This document shows, in pieces, positions 15,679-23,425 of a stretch of DNA of 31,850 bases (position 1 is the first letter of the stretch; each line of letters begins with the position of its first letter). The DNA comes from a virus (lineage: Duplodnaviria; Caudoviricetes). Below the pieces are notes generated by a model, which made no database searches, was not told where the DNA came from, and saw only the letters and a program-made list of their open reading frames with translations. The position numbers were made by a program, and so were the translations under genes. The stretch spans positions 1 through 31,850 of IMG/VR virus record IMGVR_UViG_3300029183_000248; one strand, 5' to 3'.

Positions 15679-16415
15679 CTTCTTGCTTCCTCTCTGATTG
15701 ACTCGTGAACGTCAAACTGTCCTGCGTGCCACAGCGGCTGGATCATCGCGTCAGCTACTTTGTCCTGGTCCCACGGGAGAGACAGAAACTTGGCCATGTC
15801 CCGAATGTGGACCATGTCTCCCTTCGAGAAGACCCGATTCGGCCAGAACTCCTGCACTTTCTCCACTCTCTTGACCTGGTCGATCCTTGATTCGTACAGC
15901 CTCACCCACTTGAGCGGATCTCCCATCCGGGTGTCCTTCTGAAGAAACGACGCCTGCTCCCGCAGTCTCTTCAAGAGAACGCCCTTATCCTTCCGTACAA
16001 CCACCCAGCGAGCGTCAGGAAACGCCTGTCGTATGATCGGCCATGCCAGGAGAGCTTCCGGACCCGCGTACAGCCACGGCCCTCCGCTGTAGCCCTGATC
16101 CCAAATGATCGACAGGCACTTCCTACGCCAGGCGCGCGCTATCTTCTCGTCCATGGACTGGCACCGGCCCACCAGGCTCGTTTCTGTTCCGGCCCCCATG
16201 TGGTGGAACCCCATGCCCAAGAAGAACGGCTTGACTAGCTCGTGCAGGATCGTGCTGTTCGACCAGAAGAGATCCACCTTTCCGCCCTTGGCGGCGCGCG
16301 TCCCCCACACACCAAGAGCGCCCAGCGCCACCCACGCTAGCCACTCGGAAGATCCTGGCGCGCCCGTCACGATGATCGGGTCTGGTGTGCTTGGCCTAAC
16401 ATTCATCTTCGTCAT
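15675..16415 (-). CDS. Sulfotransferase-fold protein with a degenerate PAPS-binding loop
   Basis: PIIVTGAPGSS (cf. PI.ITG.PRSGT), GPW, AFPDARWVVVRKD (cf. FP.AK.I...R), FLSLPW. Confidence 0.65.
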   Translation of the reverse strand: MTKMNVRPSTPDPIIVTGAPGSSEWLAWVALGALGVWGTRAAKGGKVDLFWSNSTILHELVKPFFLGMGFHHMGAGTETSLVGRCQSMDEKIARAWRRKCLSIIWDQGYSGGPWLYAGPEALLAWPIIRQAFPDARWVVVRKDKGVLLKRLREQASFLQKDTRMGDPLKWVRLYESRIDQVKRVEKVQEFWPNRVFSKGDMVHIRDMAKFLSLPWDQDKVADAMIQPLWHAGQFDVHESIREEARR

Positions 16416-17125
16416 TCTTTCGGGTGCTCCTGGTGAAACGCGAGCGCGTTCCCTAGAAACACAAACCGAAACTTTCCATCTGTGAGACGAGCGGCAAGGT
16501 CACCGTCGTTGTTCTTTGCGATGTCTTCTCGGTACCCATCAACTCTCTCCCAGTCATCCTTGTGCATCCCCCCGAGAAAGAGGAACGGCATCGGGCGCTC
16601 CGGACCAGTGAACAACCGCACGCGATATTCGTCGCTGATCATGGGTGGATTCTGTGTCCCCCCGTCGGTCGGCGGCCGCAGTTCTTCGTGATCGGGGAAC
16701 TTCGTCTTCAAATCCTCCGACAATATGTCGATCGACGCAGTTGGACCGTCGTATACACGAGCGATCGCCATGGCACCGCCATGCTTGCACGTCTCGTAAA
16801 TCGGAGTGACGCAGTCGTTGAGATGGTAGACCTCACCGCCCTGTTCGATCAGAACGTCACCGCTAGCAAAGCCGCGCGCACGATTGAAGATCCCGCCCGG
16901 GTTCTTGAGATAGGAACCGGCACGACTTGTTCTTTGCAAGACCGCGTTGTCCCCCAGATGCGAGAACCATCGATCGAGAATGATCGGCGTTTGGTCAGTA
17001 GAACCATCGTCAAGGATTACGATTTCGACGTCGGTGCGGTGTGCATAAAGACGACTCAGAGACTCCAGGGATTTTTCGAGTTGCGTGGCTCTGTTGCGCG
17101 TGGCTATTACAATGCTGGTGTTCAT
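16412..17125 (-). CDS. Glycosyltransferase family 2 (GT-A)
   Basis: SIVIATRNRA, VEIVILDDGSTD, FNRA...ASGDVLI, WERVDGYRE, AFHQEH. Confidence 0.88.
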   Translation of the reverse strand: MNTSIVIATRNRATQLEKSLESLSRLYAHRTDVEIVILDDGSTDQTPIILDRWFSHLGDNAVLQRTSRAGSYLKNPGGIFNRARGFASGDVLIEQGGEVYHLNDCVTPIYETCKHGGAMAIARVYDGPTASIDILSEDLKTKFPDHEELRPPTDGGTQNPPMISDEYRVRLFTGPERPMPFLFLGGMHKDDWERVDGYREDIAKNNDGDLAARLTDGKFRFVFLGNALAFHQEHPKE

Positions 17126-18033
17126 TTTGCGTATTTCCTTCTCTGCCAGTCCACCGTTCTCTGGATCCCGTCTTTGATCGGTGTGTCCGGCTTGTGTTTC
17201 AGTTCAGTCTGTGCTCTTCGTGTATCCGGGTTCTTCTTGACGGCATTGTTGTAATCTAGCTTCCTGTAATCGATATGCCCGTCATCCGCACCCAGTGCTT
17301 CCAATACCATGTCGCTTGTTTCTCTCATCGTAAAACTGCGATCTCCGGCAATGTTGTACGCCTTGCCATGCCGAAAGTTCTTCGGAATGTTCGCGAGTGT
17401 ACGCACCGCGTCTTCGATGAAGATCGGCGTGCGCTTGTTGTCTTCGTAGACGGTGAGCGGCAGGCCGTGCATCGCGTGATAGATGAACCGACAGATCGCA
17501 CTCCGATATGGGTGATAGTCCTCCTCCGGACCGTACGTGTTGAAGAGTCGCACTCGAACGACTCGATTCCCGTACAGCTTGGCGAAGTTCATGACTTGCT
17601 GCTCATTCACCCACTTCGAGATTGCGTAGTCGTTCAGTTGGCGAATCGGCTCTTCGTCCGTGACAGACTCAAACATGCACGACTTGTAGTCTCCGTAGAC
17701 TTCGGAACTGGAGAACGCAACCAGGTCGAACTTCATGGACCTCTGCGCCTCAAGAACGTTCCTCGTACCGACAACGTTCGTCCGCCACAACTGCTCGTAA
17801 TGGTCTTCCCCGTTGATGCGCCCGAATTCCGCGGCCGCGTGATACACCAGGTGCGGATCAACCTCCTTCATCATGCGATCTACCTGGCGGAATTCACCTA
17901 CATCACAACGGTGGCTCCACCAATGGTCGCTATGAAGAAGGTCGAAGCTAAAAACCTCGTGCCCCTTTTCCCGAAGAAGCCTGCAGAGTGGCAGGCCGAT
18001 CGTTCCGTTCCCGCCTGTCACCACGATTCTCAC
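17122..18033 (-). CDS. NAD-dependent nucleotide-sugar epimerase/dehydratase (extended SDR)
   Basis: VTGGNGTIG (GxxGxxG), VYHAAA, NVVGT.NVL, SSSEVYG, YAISK (YxxxK), RLFNTYGP. Confidence 0.95.
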   Translation of the reverse strand: MRIVVTGGNGTIGLPLCRLLREKGHEVFSFDLLHSDHWWSHRCDVGEFRQVDRMMKEVDPHLVYHAAAEFGRINGEDHYEQLWRTNVVGTRNVLEAQRSMKFDLVAFSSSEVYGDYKSCMFESVTDEEPIRQLNDYAISKWVNEQQVMNFAKLYGNRVVRVRLFNTYGPEEDYHPYRSAICRFIYHAMHGLPLTVYEDNKRTPIFIEDAVRTLANIPKNFRHGKAYNIAGDRSFTMRETSDMVLEALGADDGHIDYRKLDYNNAVKKNPDTRRAQTELKHKPDTPIKDGIQRTVDWQRRKYAK

Positions 18034-18608
18034 TCGTATTCACCCCACGTCGCGTAGAGAACACGGTAACTCGGGCGGACATACTCACCGATACGCCGCT
18101 CACCAAGAGTCCAGAGCGCGCGAACGTGAAAGTCCTGGTTCTCCAGGTCACCGATACTCCACCCGCTCTTGTGTCCCTGATACGGATTCGATTCGAAGTC
18201 AGTCCCGTAACCTCGATTGATTGCAATCGTGGACTCGTTCGGGTGTTGCGGAAGGTCTCCCTCTGGCGTGAAGAGAATGATCTTCTTCGCGATCCTCTTC
18301 GCTTCCTTGATCAGATCCTCTCCGTCAGCCATCGTCATGTGCTCGATGACATCGATCATCAGGACCAGATCTGCATACCCTTCACTGAGGGTCGGTAGGA
18401 TCTCACGCGCATCTCCGTACCGATACTCCGCGCCCTCTTCTTTATCCATCTGCAGGCGCTCGTAGTCCTCGAAGATCTCGATCCCCTCTCGCCTTCTGAC
18501 AATGTCCGAGAACGCGGCCATGTAGTCCCCGAACATGCACCCGACGTCCAGGAGCGACTTCGCACCCGCCACGTCATTGCGCATCACTTTCACAAGTCTC
18601 TGGTCCAT
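18030..18608 (-). CDS. Class I SAM-dependent methyltransferase
   Basis: SLLDVGCMFG (motif I), GIEIF, GDA, DLVLMIDVIEHM, FTP. Confidence 0.9.
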   Translation of the reverse strand: MDQRLVKVMRNDVAGAKSLLDVGCMFGDYMAAFSDIVRRREGIEIFEDYERLQMDKEEGAEYRYGDAREILPTLSEGYADLVLMIDVIEHMTMADGEDLIKEAKRIAKKIILFTPEGDLPQHPNESTIAINRGYGTDFESNPYQGHKSGWSIGDLENQDFHVRALWTLGERRIGEYVRPSYRVLYATWGEYE

Positions 18609-19018
18609 CAGTCGCCCCCATCCTTGTCAGTATTCATTTTAATATTGTCGCGCCCCACCAAGGCTTCCACACCATGGTGAATCCACTTGTCGGTGTGTGC
18701 GGGTTGCACGATACGGTCGAACGGCAACAACTTCTTGCGCGCATCTGCTCGATCCCTCATGGCCTCCAGGACGTTGTCGATCTTCTCTTTGCACTCATCC
18801 GAACTCATGTAGTCATCAAGGAACAGAAACCCTTCCGGGTCGTCTCTCTTGTCGATCACATGCAGATGACCAGCAACCTCACCGATAGACCCGTCTTCAT
18901 TTATATTTCGCGGCAGACTAAGAGCAAGGCCGCACGGGTGTAAAAGAACTCGGTTTATTTCCTGGATAAATCCAAGATCTTGGAAATCCTTTAGGTCCAT
19001 GTTTTTGGTTTCGCTCAC
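18608..19018 (-). CDS. Hypothetical phage protein
   Basis: Coupled by overlaps on both sides. Contains GFIQEINRVLLHPCGLAL and D.RDDPEG, which resemble an uncharacterised phage family recalled from memory and not checked. Confidence 0.7.
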   Translation of the reverse strand: MSETKNMDLKDFQDLGFIQEINRVLLHPCGLALSLPRNINEDGSIGEVAGHLHVIDKRDDPEGFLFLDDYMSSDECKEKIDNVLEAMRDRADARKKLLPFDRIVQPAHTDKWIHHGVEALVGRDNIKMNTDKDGGD

Positions 19019-19758
19019 TGGATTCTCCTATTGTCTACGACCCACGGCTCGTTTACCTGGTTCGGCCGTGGCTGTCCATGAAAACAGACAACCATTGCGT
19101 CTTCCGGTAAGCCGCGATCGCGACAGTTGATCTTGTAGCTGTAGATCCCATCAACCTGATCCTGCCAACTCGACCACGTTGCCTTTCGTCTCTCCAGCGC
19201 CGACCTTATCCACTCCTGATCTCCGATGTGCGCGTGTCCGTTGCGATCGTGCATGCGCAACCGAGCACCGGCCTTCGATGTCCTGTAAAGAGGGGCAAAG
19301 TCTCGAACGAAGTCTTCCCACAGGAACGCGACGTCGTTCGGATTTCTCCACCCCATCAGCCCAGACTGCAGCATCGGATGTTTCGGTATGAAGGTTCCGA
19401 GAAAGATTGGATCTTCGGCGTGGAGAACAGTGTCTACAAGAGGACCGAGATCTCCGCAGATGACCGTGTCCAGGTCGAAATAGATGCACGGCCCACGGTC
19501 CAGCGTGAACATCTCCATCTTCGACCACCACCCGGGTAGGTTCCGTCGGAGACGAACCAGTTCCGCGCTTACATTCAGGTCCTCGAAGTACCCGAAGTAT
19601 TCTTTCCCCAGATTCGAAAGGACGACGAACCGATAGTCCACGCCCACGGGCATATGCCGCTGCAAGTTCGCAAGCAATCGCGTGACGTCGTGTGCACTGA
19701 AATCACCATCGCGATGCTCACTGAGAACGCATATCAAGTTTACTGTTTCGTCTTGCAT
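19015..19758 (-). CDS. Glycosyltransferase (GT-A, GT8-like phage family)
   Basis: LPGWWSKMEMF, IYFDLDTVI (DxD), SGLMGW, GDQEWI, SYK, VVCFHGQPRP. ATG 19758 after AAAGGGA. Confidence 0.85.
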   Translation of the reverse strand: MQDETVNLICVLSEHRDGDFSAHDVTRLLANLQRHMPVGVDYRFVVLSNLGKEYFGYFEDLNVSAELVRLRRNLPGWWSKMEMFTLDRGPCIYFDLDTVICGDLGPLVDTVLHAEDPIFLGTFIPKHPMLQSGLMGWRNPNDVAFLWEDFVRDFAPLYRTSKAGARLRMHDRNGHAHIGDQEWIRSALERRKATWSSWQDQVDGIYSYKINCRDRGLPEDAMVVCFHGQPRPNQVNEPWVVDNRRIQ

Positions 19759-20503
19759 CTTTATCCCTTTGCAAGATGTTCGCCCGGTTCGCCTCAAGAA
19801 CGTCCGGGTATACTTCCTCAGGATCGGCCATCGGGAATGCTTTTACCCCACTACCCGGGGTTGCATTGATACACGTCATCCTCATGTACGCGAAGTCTCG
19901 CGCAATACACTCAAGCGGTTGCGTGAACTCGCCTATCTTGTACGGATCCTCTTTCGGACGATACCGCCTGTCGATATGCACCAAGTCCGGGAACCACTTC
20001 GCGAACTCTCGATAGGCCTCGCTGAATGAATCGGTCGCGTCCTTGTATGGATCTTGTCTCCAATTCTTCTGCCCTTCAATCACGCGCATGTCGTAACCCA
20101 TCAAGATGATCGTGCCTGCGCCCAGCAGATACGCCAGGTTGATCGCCGCACCACCGCTCGACTTGTTGAACTTGATTCGACCGTCGTCGATCCCCGAGAT
20201 CCCCATGTCGTGCTTGACGACGTTCACGCCTTTGTGGCTCTTCAGCTTCTGTACGCGCGTGACTCGGAATCCCTTGAACCATTCCAGTATGGCGTCCTTC
20301 TCTGAATCCCAGAACGGATCATCCCCGAAATACAAAAAGTCCGCCCATGGGGCCACACGATGAGCGTGGTTGACGACGATCACGTGTGCACCCCTTAGGC
20401 GGTCAATGTCGATCTTAGGAAGCGATGGTCCTCCGGCTAGGATGTAACAGGGTGTCCCTTTGTAGAACTTCGGGACCTGCCAAAACTCGCCGCCTTTTCC
20501 CAT
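19718..20503 (-). CDS. DUF115/Maf-like Rossmann-fold protein, putative glycosyltransferase
   Basis: CYILAGGPSL, VIVVN, ADFLYFGD, SSGGAAINLAYLLGA..IILMGYDM, INATP.S....FP. Confidence 0.75.
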   Translation of the reverse strand: MGKGGEFWQVPKFYKGTPCYILAGGPSLPKIDIDRLRGAHVIVVNHAHRVAPWADFLYFGDDPFWDSEKDAILEWFKGFRVTRVQKLKSHKGVNVVKHDMGISGIDDGRIKFNKSSGGAAINLAYLLGAGTIILMGYDMRVIEGQKNWRQDPYKDATDSFSEAYREFAKWFPDLVHIDRRYRPKEDPYKIGEFTQPLECIARDFAYMRMTCINATPGSGVKAFPMADPEEVYPDVLEANRANILQRDKDARRNSKLDMRSQ

Positions 20504-20516
20504 CTTCCCGACCTCT

Positions 20517-21071
20517 CTACTTGCCGGGGTTCTTGTGCTTGTACTCCTTCAGGAAGTCCTCCGCGAGCTTCTTCGTGTTGAACGGTTTTTCATTCAACAC
20601 GGCATCACCCTTGACGACGTCCCACATGCCATCTTCGCGCTTCTCGACGACAGGAGCACTGTCATCACCACCGCTCTCGCTACCGCCAGCAGGAGGATCC
20701 GAAGTCTTCTCCTCCTGGCGATTCGGGGAGTCGTAGATGAGATCAGCATCCTTTCCTTCCGCGTACTGGGTCACAGCTTCTCGCGGAAGAGGATCTTCGT
20801 TGATCGGGTTTTCGCCGTCCGGGTTGAAGATGAAGAACAGGTCCTTCGACTCTTCGCTTGGGCGCGCGATGAGCGTGTTACGCGGAGTGTCGGGTTCCAC
20901 GTCCAGACACACGAACTCTTCGCGATGCCGTCTCGGTACTTCGGCCGGAGTCATCATGACAACGGCCCCGCGAGTGAATGTCATCAGCGGATATCGCGGA
21001 TGACCAGACCCGAACTTGTACTTCTTGGCTTGCACTTCATAACGAAGCGGCTTTTCTTTCTTCTTCGCCAT
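20517..21071 (-). CDS. Hypothetical capsid-adjacent protein with two short related domains
   Basis: GGGGAG RBS. Related segments LFFIFNPDGENPINEDPL and MWDVVKGDAVLNEKPF are separated by a low-complexity linker. Confidence 0.7.
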   Translation of the reverse strand: MAKKKEKPLRYEVQAKKYKFGSGHPRYPLMTFTRGAVVMMTPAEVPRRHREEFVCLDVEPDTPRNTLIARPSEESKDLFFIFNPDGENPINEDPLPREAVTQYAEGKDADLIYDSPNRQEEKTSDPPAGGSESGGDDSAPVVEKREDGMWDVVKGDAVLNEKPFNTKKLAEDFLKEYKHKNPGK

Positions 21072-21151
21072 TTGCTTTCCGTCTCCCCGTCTATTTTGGG
21101 TTGTCTACCGTAGTCGCCTTACACGACTAGACGTTTTTCGTTACCCGGCTC

Positions 21152-22129
21152 TTACGAACCGTGGACGATGCCGCACTTGTCGTCGATGTCCGATCGGACC
21201 TGCGGGATCAGGATGTTGAACACCAGGAAGTTCTTGACCATGCCGCCCATGCCTTCCCACATGACCGTGATGGTGTCCTGCGCGTTCACGATGCGCGCCG
21301 TCTCCGGCTGCATCTGGACGAGCACCACGTTGGAATCCGTCAGGCGATCCGCCGTACGCACGCCCACGATTCCGTCGATGTCCAAGATGCGCTGCCGGAT
21401 CGTCTTGTCCGACTCGGCTTTCTTGTCATCGTCCAGAACGGTGTCGTAGTTGGTCGGAACGTAGAGGATCCACGGGCCGTACTGGTTGTCGTCGATCGAC
21501 ATCTGCTTCATCGCAAGGACGTCTTGGATGATCGCATTCCCACCCGCAGTCGCCCACGAGACGGAGATGTTGTAGACGTTACGGTCCGGATGATCCGTGT
21601 ACCCGTAGATGGTCCCGCCGTCGTACTTGTACGACGAACTTCCATTCATCAGGAGATCTTCGTTCAGGACTGCCACCGAACGACCCGCGCGCTCGCCATT
21701 CGTAGTGTCGAGAGGGAGACCCTTCCGACGACTCGACGCCAGCATACGAGCAGGAAGCGAGAACTCTTTGTGAATCATCGGGAGCGGCAACCGCTCCAGT
21801 TCGAACTTCACCTGGTCCGCGTCCTGGTTCGAGATTCCGTGAAGGGACATCCCGGCCGGACTGATGTCACTCACTTTCTCGTGTTCGAGACTCAGCACGC
21901 CGAGTCCATTCGGAATCGTGTACGTGAGGTTTCGACCCAAGAGATCAGCGACACCCACCAGGCGCTGACGGCCAGCACCCACGACAGCGGTATCCATCTC
22001 GCGCCACGCATCTTTCTGCAGAAGCGTGTTCGGTCTGAGCACTTCCGGGTTCATGTCGTTCATGATCAGAAGATCCAACATGCTCACGGGCATGCCAGCA
22101 GACCCGAAACCAATCTGTGCAGTATTCAT
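21152..22129 (-). CDS. Major capsid protein, HK97 fold, encapsulin (Linocin M18)-like
   Basis: W.EMDTAV....RQRLVG, LPLPMIHKEF.L..R.L.SSR..GLPLD.....AGRSVA..NEDLLMNG, GPWILYV. ATG 22129 after AAGGTG. Follows the protease and decoration genes. Confidence 0.9.
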   Translation of the reverse strand: MNTAQIGFGSAGMPVSMLDLLIMNDMNPEVLRPNTLLQKDAWREMDTAVVGAGRQRLVGVADLLGRNLTYTIPNGLGVLSLEHEKVSDISPAGMSLHGISNQDADQVKFELERLPLPMIHKEFSLPARMLASSRRKGLPLDTTNGERAGRSVAVLNEDLLMNGSSSYKYDGGTIYGYTDHPDRNVYNISVSWATAGGNAIIQDVLAMKQMSIDDNQYGPWILYVPTNYDTVLDDDKKAESDKTIRQRILDIDGIVGVRTADRLTDSNVVLVQMQPETARIVNAQDTITVMWEGMGGMVKNFLVFNILIPQVRSDIDDKCGIVHGS

Positions 22130-22272
22130 TTCCAGCACCTTTCTCTGTGCCCCCGGAAGGTGTTCACCCAACCTTGAGCTATTCGATAAACGAATCGTGT
22201 TTTTCTGTTTCGAATTTGAGCGGGAATCGTGCGGTACAGTCGTGCAGTCAGATTAGTTCGGGTCTGTTCGCC

Positions 22273-22740
22273 TTACTTGGCGCGACAGAGCAGTCTTTGT
22301 TCGGCCAGGGTCGCCCCCGCGCTTCCGCTGAGGTCCAGCGTTTCACGTGCGATCGCGATGATCGAACCGACCTGGATCGTAGCAGCCGAACTGTCTACGA
22401 CCACCTTGCGGAACTTGCCGTCACCGTTCGACTCCAGGAAGTCGCCCTTCACGACACTCTCACCGTTTGCCAGGATCCCCAGGAACGGAGTGCCGGACGG
22501 GAGGATCGCGGCATTGACTTCTTCCGCGATCGTATAGATCGTGCCGATCTCTTCGCCCTTGGACATATCCTCTCGCGCAATGATGCACTGCGCAGGACCA
22601 CCGGCAGTCGTGTGCTCCGAAAGACCCGTCGAGAGTTCCTTCAGAAGCATGCCGGGGTAGATATTGGCGGTAGCCGCCTTGTCCTCGACGCTGGTGTACG
22701 GCGTCCCCACCGAACTGATGATCGTGTTTCGTTCACTCAT
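22273..22740 (-). CDS. Head decoration/cement protein
   Basis: ATANIYPGMLL, GESVVKGDFLESNGDGKF, IAIARE. Between scaffold and MCP; AAGGAG RBS. Confidence 0.8.
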   Translation of the reverse strand: MSERNTIISSVGTPYTSVEDKAATANIYPGMLLKELSTGLSEHTTAGGPAQCIIAREDMSKGEEIGTIYTIAEEVNAAILPSGTPFLGILANGESVVKGDFLESNGDGKFRKVVVDSSAATIQVGSIIAIARETLDLSGSAGATLAEQRLLCRAK

Positions 22741-22770
22741 TTTCTTCTCTCCTTACAGAACCAGAACGAT

Positions 22771-22805
22771 TTCTTTGTTGACAATCCTTCTCGTCAGTCA
22801 AAGAA
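22771..22805 (-). promoter_or_regulatory. Intergenic stem-loop between scaffold and decoration genes
   Basis: TTCTTTG/CAAAGAA outer stem plus TGAC/GTCA inner stem with an internal loop; no U-tract, so more likely an mRNA processing or stability element. Confidence 0.35.
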
Positions 22806-22810
22806 GGAGC

Positions 22811-23425
22811 TTAGGCCGCGCCTTCTTTTTGCTCCTTGTTGATGAGGGGCACGAAGCCGGTCTCCGTCGGAGTGACCTGGTCACTTCCGTTTCCGTGCAC
22901 GACGCTCATTTCCGGACCACGTCCGCCGCCCTCGTAATTGTTTTTCGGTTCCGTCTCGCCCTGGAACTGGATGAGCTTTTCGAGTTGCGAATAGCTCATG
23001 CCTTCCAGTTCTTTGTCGTCGTACGGATTGTTCTCGTTCGACTTGATCTTTCCGATCATGTCCGCGCGTTCCTTACGATCGCGCGCGAAGTTGCGCTCCA
23101 TGATTTCGCGGTGTCGCGGATTCTTGATGTTCGCAAGAACCTGCTCTTCCGTTTCTTCTTCATTCTCGACGGGATCCTCTTCCGAACCGGGAGTCGAATT
23201 CGGAGTGACTTCTTTCGGAGTCTCGTCGGCTTCCGGAGTGGCCGGGGTATTTTCCTTCGGCGTTTTCTCCGGAGCTTCCGGATCCGCTTCGTCTTTGTTC
23301 TCGAACGGCTCCGCCGTCTTGCTGAACTGACAGTCCGTCATGTTCGTCAGGAACTCCTGGTCCTCTTCGGTCCAAGGTGCCTTTTCATTGGCGATCAAAG
23401 CTTCGATTCGGTCGGTGCGTTTCAC
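22811..23425 (-). CDS. Putative nested in-frame scaffolding protein (internal GTG start)
   Basis: AAGGAG-9 nt-GTG at 23425, in frame with the protease and located where the scaffold-like region begins (MKRTDRIEALIAN...), 204 aa. Confidence 0.6.
   Translation of the reverse strand: MKRTDRIEALIANEKAPWTEEDQEFLTNMTDCQFSKTAEPFENKDEADPEAPEKTPKENTPATPEADETPKEVTPNSTPGSEEDPVENEEETEEQVLANIKNPRHREIMERNFARDRKERADMIGKIKSNENNPYDDKELEGMSYSQLEKLIQFQGETEPKNNYEGGGRGPEMSVVHGNGSDQVTPTETGFVPLINKEQKEGAA

Noticed and set aside
21152-22129. Cellular encapsulin nanocompartment operon with the downstream enzymes as cargo
   Set aside because: Terminase, portal, protease, neck and tail genes show it is a phage capsid, and no clear cargo-loading peptides were seen on the enzymes.
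21161-22177. 338-aa plus-strand ORF almost exactly antisense to the MCP gene
   Set aside because: Shadow ORF expected from strong codon bias in a GC-rich gene; no recognisable motifs and it opposes the whole operon.
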